This document shows positions 20,698 through 28,876 of a DNA stretch of 28,876 nt, piece after piece (position 1 is the stretch's first letter; each line of letters starts with the position of its first letter). Source of the DNA: Archangium sp. (GTDB lineage Bacteria > Myxococcota > Myxococcia > Myxococcales > Myxococcaceae); the NCBI GenBank assembly GCA_031367385.1, contig JANLPS010000530.1:1-28876 (forward strand). Reading direction: 5' to 3'. Position numbers and translations under genes: made by a program. The notes beneath the pieces are model-generated. The model was not told where the DNA came from. It made no database searches and saw nothing but the letters and a program-made list of their open reading frames with translations.

Positions 20698-20708
20698 AAG
20701 TAAACGAC

Positions 20709-22760
20709 ATGAATGTGACGAAGAAAACGCTGCTCACCTGTGCCTTGCCCTACGCCAACGGCCCCATTCACCTGGGCCACATGGTCGAGCACATTCAGGC
20801 CGACATCTACGCGCGGTTTCGCAAGTCGGCCGGTGACGAGATCGTCTTCGTGTGTGCTGACGATACCCACGGCTCGCCCATCGAATTGGCGGCGCTCAAG
20901 GCAGGGGTCACTCCCGAGGCCTACGTGGCCGCCATCGCCGTCGAGCACCAACGCGACTTCAAAGATTTTCACATCGGGTTCGATTTTTACGGCTCGACCA
21001 ACTCTGACGAGAACCGGCAGTACGCCGAGTTGATCTATGGGCGGGCCAAAGAGGCCGGGTCGATCGGCAAAAAAGAGGTCGAGCAGCCCTACGACGCGAA
21101 GATGGGCCGCTTCTTGGCCGACCGCTTCATTCGCGGCACCTGCCCCAACTGCCACACGCCCGATCAGTACGGAGACGCGTGCGAGAAGTGCCTCAAGACC
21201 TACTCGCCGCGCGAGCTGATTGATCCGCGCTCGGCGATCTCTGGCGAGCCCTTGGTGTGGAAGAAGTCGTCGCACGCGTTCTTTTTGCTCTCGAAGCACG
21301 CCGAGTATCTGCAGACCGTCATCGCGAACCCTGCGTTCATGAACCCCGGCCCCGCTGCGCAGCTGGGTCAGTTCTTCGAGAAGGGCCTCGCTGATTGGGA
21401 CATCACGCGCGACGGCCCGTACTTCGGCTTCAAGATACCTGGCGAAGACAACCAGTACTTCTACGTCTGGCTCGACGCGCCCATCGGGTACATCGCGGCG
21501 ACCGAGCAGTGGGCCAAGAAGACCGGCAAAGCCGCCAGCGCCCTCGACTTCTGGGACGAGAACGCCGACGCCGAGGTGATTCACGTCATCGGTAAAGACA
21601 TCGTCTACTTTCATTGCTTGTTCTGGCCGGCGGTCTTGAAGGTCGCGAAGATCAAGCGGCCCTCGTACGTGCACATTCATGGGCACTTGACCGTCAACGG
21701 CGAGAAGATGTCGAAGTCGCGCGGCACGTTCATCAATGCGCGCCCGTACCTCGACGTGCTCGACCCGAACTACTTGCGCTTTTATTACGCGTCGTTGCTC
21801 GGGTCGGGGCCTGAAGACCTCGACTTCGATCTGACGACCTTTCGCGAGCGCGTGAACGCCGAATTGGTGAACAACCTCGGTAATTTGGCCAATCGCACCT
21901 TGTCGTTGCTGGCGCGGCCTGAGCTCGGCAAGACCTTGGCGAAGGGGCAAACAGAAACCGGAGCGAAGCTCGTCAACGCCGCGTTGGCGCGACTGCCTGA
22001 GATTCGCGAGGCCTTTGCCCGCTTCGATCACCGTACGGCCGTGAAGGCCATTCTCGAAATCGGCCAGAGCGCGAATCAATTCTTGACCGAGTATGAGCCG
22101 TGGAAGCTGATCAAGAAAGACGTCGAGGGTGCGCGGGTGGCGCTCACCGACGCAGCCGACATCGTGTACCTGCTGACCGCGCTGCTGGGCCCAATCGTGC
22201 CCGGCCTCGCCGACAAGCTCGCCGCGCAGATGAACCGGCCCAAGCTCACCTTCAAGCAGCTCGAGGGCGCGAAGTACCCGCTGCTCGATCGCTCAGTGCT
22301 CATCGGAGACCCCTCGCCGCTCATCAACCGCCTCGAGGCTGAGAACGTGTCTCCGCTCGTCGTTGCACCCGCCGAGCCGACCCAGGCCCCAGCGAAGCCC
22401 GCGAAGGTGGCGCCTCCACCGGCCGCTCCCCCGGGTGACATCGAGTACGCCGACTTCGCCAAGCTGGTGCTCAAGGCGGGCAGGGTGCTCGCGTGTGAGA
22501 AGGTGCCCAAGGCCGACAAGTTGCTCAAGCTCTCGGTCGACCTGGGTGAGGCCGAGCCGCGCACCATCGTGTCGGGCATCGCCGAGGCGTATGCGCCCGA
22601 GTCGCTGGTCGGCAAGAACGTGGTCGTGGTCGCCAACTTGAAGCCCCGTGCGCTCAAAGGCATCGAGTCGCGCGGCATGATCCTCACGGCGGGGGCCGGT
22701 GGCAAAGAGCTCGTGCTGCTCGACCCAGGCCCCGTCACCCCGGGCACGGAGATTCGGTGA
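20709..22760 (+). CDS. metG: Methionine--tRNA ligase with C-terminal tRNA-binding OB domain
   Basis: ALPYANGPIHLGH, CPNC/CEKC Zn knuckle, YVWLDAPIGY, GKDI, KMSKS, and C-terminal ADKLL...RTIVSGI...NLKPR...ESRGMIL. Confidence 0.98.
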   Translation: MNVTKKTLLTCALPYANGPIHLGHMVEHIQADIYARFRKSAGDEIVFVCADDTHGSPIELAALKAGVTPEAYVAAIAVEHQRDFKDFHIGFDFYGSTNSDENRQYAELIYGRAKEAGSIGKKEVEQPYDAKMGRFLADRFIRGTCPNCHTPDQYGDACEKCLKTYSPRELIDPRSAISGEPLVWKKSSHAFFLLSKHAEYLQTVIANPAFMNPGPAAQLGQFFEKGLADWDITRDGPYFGFKIPGEDNQYFYVWLDAPIGYIAATEQWAKKTGKAASALDFWDENADAEVIHVIGKDIVYFHCLFWPAVLKVAKIKRPSYVHIHGHLTVNGEKMSKSRGTFINARPYLDVLDPNYLRFYYASLLGSGPEDLDFDLTTFRERVNAELVNNLGNLANRTLSLLARPELGKTLAKGQTETGAKLVNAALARLPEIREAFARFDHRTAVKAILEIGQSANQFLTEYEPWKLIKKDVEGARVALTDAADIVYLLTALLGPIVPGLADKLAAQMNRPKLTFKQLEGAKYPLLDRSVLIGDPSPLINRLEAENVSPLVVAPAEPTQAPAKPAKVAPPPAAPPGDIEYADFAKLVLKAGRVLACEKVPKADKLLKLSVDLGEAEPRTIVSGIAEAYAPESLVGKNVVVVANLKPRALKGIESRGMILTAGAGGKELVLLDPGPVTPGTEIR

Positions 22761-23722
22761 TCGACTGGCGTGCCCAGCGCGACACCGCGTTGTTGACCCT
22801 CGAGCGCGAGAAGCGTGAATCGGTTCGAGTCGAGGCCGCCGAGGTGCTCTGTGATGTGGCCTTCGATGCGCCGCGAGAGGTGCTCGGTGAGTTCGCGCCC
22901 GCGGTGGTGCGCTTGATCGCCGATGCCAACCCTGAGGTGCGCTGCGCCGGGCTGGCCCTCGCGGCCGAGGCGCTGCCAAATGACGAAGCCAAGACCCTGT
23001 TGATTCGGCACGTCAGTGATTCGATTGCCCGAGTGCGCATCGAGGCCGTGGGCCGGCTGGCCGACTTGGCGCTGCCAGAGACCCGAGGCGTCTTCGCGGG
23101 TGCGCTCACCGATGAAGTGCCTGGCGTTCGCTTCGAGGCGGCTCGCGGCATGGTCTCGCTCAAGCACTCAGCCGGGCTCGAGGTGTTGCTCGCTGCGCTT
23201 GAAGACGCAGAGCTCCGATTTCGCGCCGCCGCCGCGCTGGCCCAGCTGGGAGATCGAGCCGCCGTACCCAAGCTCAAGCGCGTGTTTCAGGGCTGGTTTC
23301 TGCCTCCGTTCGATCGCACTCAGATCGCCGGTGCCCTCGCTGCGCTGGGCGACGAAGAAGGCATCGCGCACTTGTACAAACGCGCGGGCAAACGCTGGTC
23401 ACTCGACCGGGCGATGGCCGTCGAGCTGCTCGGAGAAGTCAAAGCCCCCGGTGCCAAGGCGCGCCTGCTCGAGATTCTGGGCGACGTGAAAGACTCCTGT
23501 CGCGGTGCGGCTGGCCGTGGCCTCGGTCGCCTGGGTGATTTTTCAGTCGAGACCGATTTGCTTGCGGCGCTCGAACGCGGCCAGCTCAGCGATGACGACC
23601 GCCTCGACGTGGCCGAGGGGCTGCTTCGGCTGGGCACTCCGAGGGCACGCGAGCACGTCGCCGCCCTCCAGTTCGAAACCGACGACGCGCGGGCCGAGCT
23701 CGCAGAAATGCTGCTGCCATGA
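22757..23722 (+). CDS. HEAT-repeat (PBS-lyase-like) protein
   Basis: Repeated L.D....VR..A...L units. The GTG start overlaps the metG stop (GTGA). Confidence 0.88.
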   Translation: MIDWRAQRDTALLTLEREKRESVRVEAAEVLCDVAFDAPREVLGEFAPAVVRLIADANPEVRCAGLALAAEALPNDEAKTLLIRHVSDSIARVRIEAVGRLADLALPETRGVFAGALTDEVPGVRFEAARGMVSLKHSAGLEVLLAALEDAELRFRAAAALAQLGDRAAVPKLKRVFQGWFLPPFDRTQIAGALAALGDEEGIAHLYKRAGKRWSLDRAMAVELLGEVKAPGAKARLLEILGDVKDSCRGAAGRGLGRLGDFSVETDLLAALERGQLSDDDRLDVAEGLLRLGTPRAREHVAALQFETDDARAELAEMLLP

Positions 23723-23747
23723 GCGAAGTCGAAGGGCCCGCCTCGTC

Positions 23748-24530
23748 ATGATTCTCATCGATACCCACTGTCACCTCGAGCCCAAAGACTTTCCCATCGC
23801 TGCCGAAGCCATCGCGCGAGCCCGAGCGAGCGGAGTCATTCACGCAGTCATCGTCGGCCAATTCCGAGAGCCCGGAGACTTCGGCAAAGCACTCGAGGTG
23901 GCCCGCGCGCACCCTGATTTTCTGACTCCGACGATGGGCATACACCCGCACGACGCCGCGGCGGCGACCGAGGCTGACTGGTCGGCGCTCGAGGCGATGT
24001 GCGCGCTGCCAGAAGTGCACGCAGTCGGTGAGGCGGGGCTCGATTTCTATTACGAGCACTCTCCGCGCGTGGTGCAGGGCGAAGCGTTTCGCCGTCAATG
24101 TCAGCTGGCGAAGAAGCTCGGCAAGCCGCTGGTGGTGCACGTGCGCGACGCCCACCCCGAGTGCATCGAAGTGCTGCGCAGTGAAGGCATGAGCGACGGC
24201 ATGATTCACTGCTTCACGGGAGACACCGACAACGCGCGCGCGTACCTCGACCTCGGGTTTCACCTCAGCATTTCGGGTGTCGTGACCTACAACAAGACCG
24301 AAGCACTCCAAGCAGCAGTGCAGTTCGCGCCGATCGATCGCCTGATGGTCGAGACCGACAGCCCGTACCTGGCCCCGGTGCCGTATCGAGGCAAGAAGAA
24401 CGAGCCGGCCTACGTGAGCGAAACCGCGAAGAAAATCGCGTTCTTGAAGGGCCTTGATGCTGACGAAGTGGCGTTGCTCTGCGCTCGAAATTCCAAGCGA
24501 GTGATGTCACTTGAAGTAGAGCTTCCCTGA
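23748..24530 (+). CDS. tatD: TatD-family metal-dependent DNase/hydrolase
   Basis: MILIDTHCHL, GIHPHDA, VGEAGLDFYY, VHVRDA, IHCFTG, ETDSPYLAPVPYRGKKNEPA. Confidence 0.96.
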   Translation: MILIDTHCHLEPKDFPIAAEAIARARASGVIHAVIVGQFREPGDFGKALEVARAHPDFLTPTMGIHPHDAAAATEADWSALEAMCALPEVHAVGEAGLDFYYEHSPRVVQGEAFRRQCQLAKKLGKPLVVHVRDAHPECIEVLRSEGMSDGMIHCFTGDTDNARAYLDLGFHLSISGVVTYNKTEALQAAVQFAPIDRLMVETDSPYLAPVPYRGKKNEPAYVSETAKKIAFLKGLDADEVALLCARNSKRVMSLEVELP

Positions 24531-24532
24531 CC

Positions 24533-24902
24533 ATGCCGGTGCCCAAGAAGCCGAAGCCGAAGAAGAGGGCCACCGCGAGACGCGTTGAAAGACCCTCCCG
24601 AGTGGGGGCGGGGGTCGTACGAAAAACTGCTGGCCCTCTCCCTGGGTGCCGATCACTTCAACCACCCGCCGCTTGGCGAAGTCATGCTCGCTCAAGTGAA
24701 CGCCGACCTCGGAGCAATCCACGCGTCGGATCAACTCGGGCTGTTCGATGAATCAAGCGCCGTGAGGTACTTCGACGCGGCGTTCGAATCGCCCGCTCCC
24801 GAAGCGGCCCTCGAAGAGCTCGAAGCGGTGCTCAGCATCGCAGACCGGCCGCTGCCCAAGTTGCTCAAGCTCGCGCGCAAGCACCGAGAGCCCTCAAGCT
24901 GA
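24533..24902 (+). CDS. Hypothetical protein, probably split by a +1 frameshift near 24570-24585
   Basis: An ATG 2 nt after the tatD stop gives [14 protein letters not shown]. The coding-like body ([16 protein letters not shown]...KHREPSS) is in the +1 frame, 24585-24902. Confidence 0.55.
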
Positions 24903-24957
24903 TTGTTTCGCTGCGAAAAGGCCGCGGTGCAGAGGTCGGGTGGCTATTGATGGCCCC

Positions 24958-25935
24958 ATGATTCCGTTTTCCGTCCTCGACGTCGTCCCGCTCCGCAGAG
25001 GCTCGACGGCCACCGTCGCCCTGCGCGAGTCAATCGCCCTCGCGAAGCACGTCGAAACCCTCGGGTACCAGCGCTACTGGTTCGCCGAACACCACGGCAT
25101 GCAGGGCATCGCCTCCTCATCGCCCGCCGTCCTGATCGGTCAGGTGGCTGCGGCGACCACCAAGCTCCGCGTCGGTTCGGGCGGAGTCATGCTGCCCAAC
25201 CACGCCCCGCTTGTCATCGCGGAGCAGTTCGGCACGCTCGAAGCCCTCTTCCCCGGCCGCATCGATCTCGGCATCGGCCGCGCACCCGGCACCGACGGCA
25301 AGACGGCCAGAGCCCTGCGTCGCAGCACCACCCTCGACGCCGAAGACTTCCCCCAGCAGTTGGCTGAGATCTTCGATCACTTTCGAGGCACCTCCGGAGT
25401 CACCGCCGTGCCCTGCGCAGGCAACGAGCCGCCCGTCTGGCTGCTCGGCTCGAGCGGGTTCAGCGCGCAGCTCGCGGGCGTGCTCGGTCTGCCCTTCGCG
25501 TTCGCGCACCACTTCAGCCAAGAGAACACCTTGCCGGCGCTCGCCCTCTACCGGCAGCGCTTTCGCCCGTCGCCGAAGCTCGAGAGGCCTCACGCGATGG
25601 TCGCCGCCAGCGTGCTCATCGCCGACACCGACGAGCAGGCGATGCGCCTGGCGTTACCCAACGCGCTCGCGTTTCTGCGCATTCGCCAAGGCGAGACCGG
25701 CATGTACCCGAGCCTCGAAGAGGCCGAGGCGTACCCCTGGTCACCGCCCGAGCGCGCCTTCGCCGAAGAATGGATGTCGAAGAACGTCGTTGGCAGCCCG
25801 GTCTCGGCGAAGAAGCAGCTCGACGCGCTGATCGCCTCGACCCAGGCCGACGAGTTGATGGTGCTGTGCACGGCGCCCGACCCGGTGGCTCGGCAGCGGT
25901 CGTACACCCTCTTGCGCGAGCTGTACCCGCTCTAG
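24958..25935 (+). CDS. LLM-class (luciferase-like) flavin-dependent oxidoreductase, YhbW-like
   Basis: [74 protein letters not shown]. Confidence 0.95.
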   Translation: MIPFSVLDVVPLRRGSTATVALRESIALAKHVETLGYQRYWFAEHHGMQGIASSSPAVLIGQVAAATTKLRVGSGGVMLPNHAPLVIAEQFGTLEALFPGRIDLGIGRAPGTDGKTARALRRSTTLDAEDFPQQLAEIFDHFRGTSGVTAVPCAGNEPPVWLLGSSGFSAQLAGVLGLPFAFAHHFSQENTLPALALYRQRFRPSPKLERPHAMVAASVLIADTDEQAMRLALPNALAFLRIRQGETGMYPSLEEAEAYPWSPPERAFAEEWMSKNVVGSPVSAKKQLDALIASTQADELMVLCTAPDPVARQRSYTLLRELYPL

Positions 25936-26038
25936 CGCCGAAGCCATTCCTGCGACCGCGGGGGCCCGCACCATGACCCTCCGCCTTCGACGCAATGACC
26001 GCGTGGGGCCCACCTTCTTCGCCTAGAGTGCCGCTCCC

Positions 26039-28588
26039 ATGACTCGACTCGGCGTGTTGGCGCTCTGCTTCGTTGGTTTCATCTCGGCCTGCGGGTCAAC
26101 CCCTCCCGTGAAGGTCACCTGCAAAGCGGGTCAGACCGCTTGCGGCAATGTCTGTGCGGCGCTCACCACCGACGCCGAGCACTGCGGCGCGTGTGGCACG
26201 GCCTGCCAGTCGACCCAATCATGCGTGACCAGCAGCTGCTACGCCAATGACTGCGCAGCCACCGACTGCAGCGCGGCTCAGGTGTGCCTGAGTGATCACT
26301 GCATCGACAAATCGTGCGTGGGCGTGGCGTGCCCAGAGGGCCAAGGCTGCTTCGAGGGCGCCTGCACCGCCCGCTCATGCTCCAACATCAGCTGCGCCGA
26401 GGGCGACCTGTGTATCAATGGCGCGTGCTCTGATGTCGCCTGCCTCGGCGTTCGTTGCCCCGCAGCCCAGACCTGCATTCACGGCGCTTGCCAGGCCAGC
26501 AGCTGCTCCGACCTGGTGGTTGGGCCCGGCGAAAGCGACGTCGATTGCGGCGGCACCTGCCCTCGAAAATGCAGCGACGGTCAGGCGTGTGGGGCCTCGT
26601 CAGACTGCGCGGGCGGCAATTGCGCCAAAGGTCGATGTGCCGCCTCGGCGAGTTGCAGCGATGGCGTCATCAGCGGCAGCGAGGGCGACATCGACTGTGG
26701 TGGCAACTGCCCGACGCGGTGCGGGGTCGGCAAGACGTGCATCACGCCGGCAGATTGTGTCACCGGTCAGTGCCTCGCCGGCCACTGCGCGCCCGCTGCC
26801 AGCTGTACCGACGCGAAACAAAACGGCAGCGAGACCGACGTCGATTGCGGTGGCAACTGCCCCGACAAATGCGGCGCCGGCAAAGGGTGTCTGCTCGGCC
26901 CCGACTGCGTCACCGGTGTCTGCGCCAATGGCGTCTGCGGGCAATCGGGCAGCTGCACCGACGGGGTCAAAAACGGCAACGAGACCGACATCGACTGCGG
27001 TGGCCCGGCGTGCAGCGCGAAGTGCGGCGACGGCAAGTCGTGCACCGTCGGCAGCGACTGTGGCTCGCTGAGCTGCAAGTCGAACCTCTGTGTCCCTCCG
27101 AGCTGCACCGACCTGGCGAAGAACGGCCTCGAGACCGACGTCGACTGCGGTGGCAACTGCCCCGCCAAATGCCAGCCAACCCGAGGCTGCAAGATCAACG
27201 GTGACTGCGCCGATGGCATCTGTACTGCGATGCAGTGCGCCGCTCCGACCTGCACTGACCTGGTCAAGAACGGGGGCGAGACCGATGTTGATTGCGGCGG
27301 CCCCTGCGCACGAAAATGCGGAGCCACCAAAGGGTGCGGCACCGGTGTCGACTGCCGCAGCGGGGTCTGTACGGCCATGCAATGCGTTGGCGAGCCCAGC
27401 TGCGCCGACGGCATCGTCAACCAAGACGAGGTCTCGGTCGATTGCGGCGGGTCGGTGTGCCCTCCCTGCGGCAACGGCTTGCATTGCAACGGCCCCGGCG
27501 ATTGCGTCAATGGCTTCTGCAGCAGCAGTCAATTGTGCAGCTCGGGCTTTTCGGCTCGAACGACCTACACCGGGTTGCCCGCCGGCAACGCCTTCGTGGC
27601 GGCTGGCCACTTCAATGGTGACGCGGCGCTCGACCTGGTGGTCGTCGCCAACAGTGGAGTCGCCTATCTGCTCGGTTCACCCTCGGGCGTCTTCGCCGCG
27701 CCGGTCACGCTCCCGGGAGTGACGTTGGTCTCGGGGCCGACCGACCTTCACGTGCTCGATGTCGACCGTGACGGCCACGACGACATCGTGACTGCCTTTC
27801 TCGACAACGGTGGCAACGGGTCGACCAAGGTGATGGTGATCAAGAGCAATGGCAACGCCACTTTTCAGGCGCCGATCATCTCGCTGCTCTCTGGCGGGTA
27901 CCCCAATGTGGGCCGGTTCGATTTGGCCGACGTCAATCGCGACTCGAAGACCGACCTCGTCATCGCCTACGGCGGCGCGAACGGCGGGCCGGGAGTGATG
28001 TTGGGCGACGGGTTCGGCGGCTTCGCTCCCACGGTCGTCTACCCCATCGCCGGCATCGGCATGGCCGAGGGCGTGGCCTTGCGAGATTTCAACCGCGACG
28101 GCTATGTCGACATCGCCTTTTCGCATTCTCCGGGCGAGCTCAACTTCTTCGCCGGCAACGACGCAGGCACCTTCGCCATGACGGCAACGCCGGTCGCTCT
28201 CTACGGGCCCCCGCGGCAACTCCTCGCGGCCGACCTGACCAACGATGGAGGCATCAGCCTGCTGTCGATCAGCGGTGGCGGCCCGGCGTTCTTCACCGTG
28301 CTCCACCCCACGGGAGGCTTTGGCTACGTACCCGTCAATTATTCAGCGAACAGCAACGGCATCGACATCGCGCTCGGCGACGTGAATGGCGACGGGTTTC
28401 TCGACGCGCTGGCTCTGGGCAATAACCCGTTCGTGATGCTTGGCGACGGCCGAGGCAATTTCAACACCGGCCCGGCGATCGCCACTGCGGGGCTTCACCT
28501 CGCCCTGGGCGATTTCAATCAAGACGCCCGGCTCGACCTGGCAGTGACTGACAGCAGCGGCCGCCTCTACGTGTATCTGAACCAGTAA
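26039..28588 (+). CDS. Predicted lipoprotein: Cys-rich modules, seven ETDVDCGG repeats and an FG-GAP/VCBS beta-propeller
   Basis: Lipobox ISAC; CGNVCAALTTDAEHCGACGTAC module; seven ~50-aa 8-Cys units (about 26501-27543); seven DxNxDGxxD-type motifs. Confidence 0.92.
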   Translation: MTRLGVLALCFVGFISACGSTPPVKVTCKAGQTACGNVCAALTTDAEHCGACGTACQSTQSCVTSSCYANDCAATDCSAAQVCLSDHCIDKSCVGVACPEGQGCFEGACTARSCSNISCAEGDLCINGACSDVACLGVRCPAAQTCIHGACQASSCSDLVVGPGESDVDCGGTCPRKCSDGQACGASSDCAGGNCAKGRCAASASCSDGVISGSEGDIDCGGNCPTRCGVGKTCITPADCVTGQCLAGHCAPAASCTDAKQNGSETDVDCGGNCPDKCGAGKGCLLGPDCVTGVCANGVCGQSGSCTDGVKNGNETDIDCGGPACSAKCGDGKSCTVGSDCGSLSCKSNLCVPPSCTDLAKNGLETDVDCGGNCPAKCQPTRGCKINGDCADGICTAMQCAAPTCTDLVKNGGETDVDCGGPCARKCGATKGCGTGVDCRSGVCTAMQCVGEPSCADGIVNQDEVSVDCGGSVCPPCGNGLHCNGPGDCVNGFCSSSQLCSSGFSARTTYTGLPAGNAFVAAGHFNGDAALDLVVVANSGVAYLLGSPSGVFAAPVTLPGVTLVSGPTDLHVLDVDRDGHDDIVTAFLDNGGNGSTKVMVIKSNGNATFQAPIISLLSGGYPNVGRFDLADVNRDSKTDLVIAYGGANGGPGVMLGDGFGGFAPTVVYPIAGIGMAEGVALRDFNRDGYVDIAFSHSPGELNFFAGNDAGTFAMTATPVALYGPPRQLLAADLTNDGGISLLSISGGGPAFFTVLHPTGGFGYVPVNYSANSNGIDIALGDVNGDGFLDALALGNNPFVMLGDGRGNFNTGPAIATAGLHLALGDFNQDARLDLAVTDSSGRLYVYLNQ

Positions 28589-28616
28589 GCCCGGGTGCCG
28601 TGCGCGATGGCGATGC

Positions 28617-28793
28617 TCAGGCGCGGGAGGTCGCGCGCTTTGCCGTCTCGTCGGCGACGAACTCGCGCGCGAACTGCACCAGGCGGTGCCCGGCGACCAC
28701 GAAGCACAGGGCCGCGAGCACGAGCGTGAGCACCGCTGTCGTTGACCGCGCACGTTCGTGATCGACCGGCGGTGAGGGACCGCGATGAGACAC
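28617..28793 (-). CDS. Small predicted membrane protein (58 aa), not in the ORF track
   Basis: GTG 28793 to TGA 28617: VSHRGPSPPVDHERARSTTAVLTLVLAALCFVVAGHRLVQFAREFVADETAKRATSRA. One hydrophobic helix; high GC3 in the 3' two-thirds. No clear RBS. Confidence 0.45.
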   Translation of the reverse strand: MSHRGPSPPVDHERARSTTAVLTLVLAALCFVVAGHRLVQFAREFVADETAKRATSRA

Positions 28794-28876
28794 GCTCGCA
28801 GCGCCAGAAACGTTCTCTGAGCGCGGGCTGAGCGACGCGGTCGGCGGGCAGAAAACTTCCCCTCAGAGCAACCGGC

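Noticed and set aside
20562..20708. Extended N-terminus of MetG (likewise tatD 23505, kinase 12841, HK 9302, lipoprotein 17747)
   Set aside because: These extensions overlap neighbouring genes or spacers and precede the conserved start motif, RBS or signal peptide.
19720..23167. Long minus-strand ORFs opposite holA, metG and the HEAT gene
   Set aside because: Typical stop-free antisense frames of high-GC genes, with no recognisable motifs.

Overview
GC-rich bacterial window with a gene set typical of myxobacteria (Myxococcota, inferred from gene content, not from a search). The left half is signalling and accessory DNA: a 5'-truncated hybrid histidine kinase with three receiver domains, a single-domain response regulator, a PAS-like hybrid kinase, a degenerate MshEN-like membrane protein, a Ser/Thr kinase fused to a SpoIIAA/STAS-SEC14-like domain, and a TIGR02996-LRR protein. 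The housekeeping genes are asnS and a holA-metG-HEAT-tatD run followed by an LLM oxidoreductase. Four large predicted lipoproteins are interspersed; three are Cys-rich and three carry D-A/S-G linkers. I saw no rRNA, tRNA, CRISPR array or intact mobile element, and I cannot support a complete novel system. The most unusual signals are non-genic. (i) A 150-bp chimera at 10154-10303 fuses copies of 12885-12949 and 8215-8306 at a microhomology and looks like the junction scar of an old tandem duplication. (ii) Several intergenic spacers are filled with short scraps of unrelated genes (IS66, IS91, redoxin, collagen-like). (iii) A 42-bp tandem array sits between two divergent lipoprotein genes. (iv) There is a probable +1 frameshifted gene after tatD and a 58-aa membrane ORF missing from the ORF track. 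All family assignments come from motif recognition by eye.
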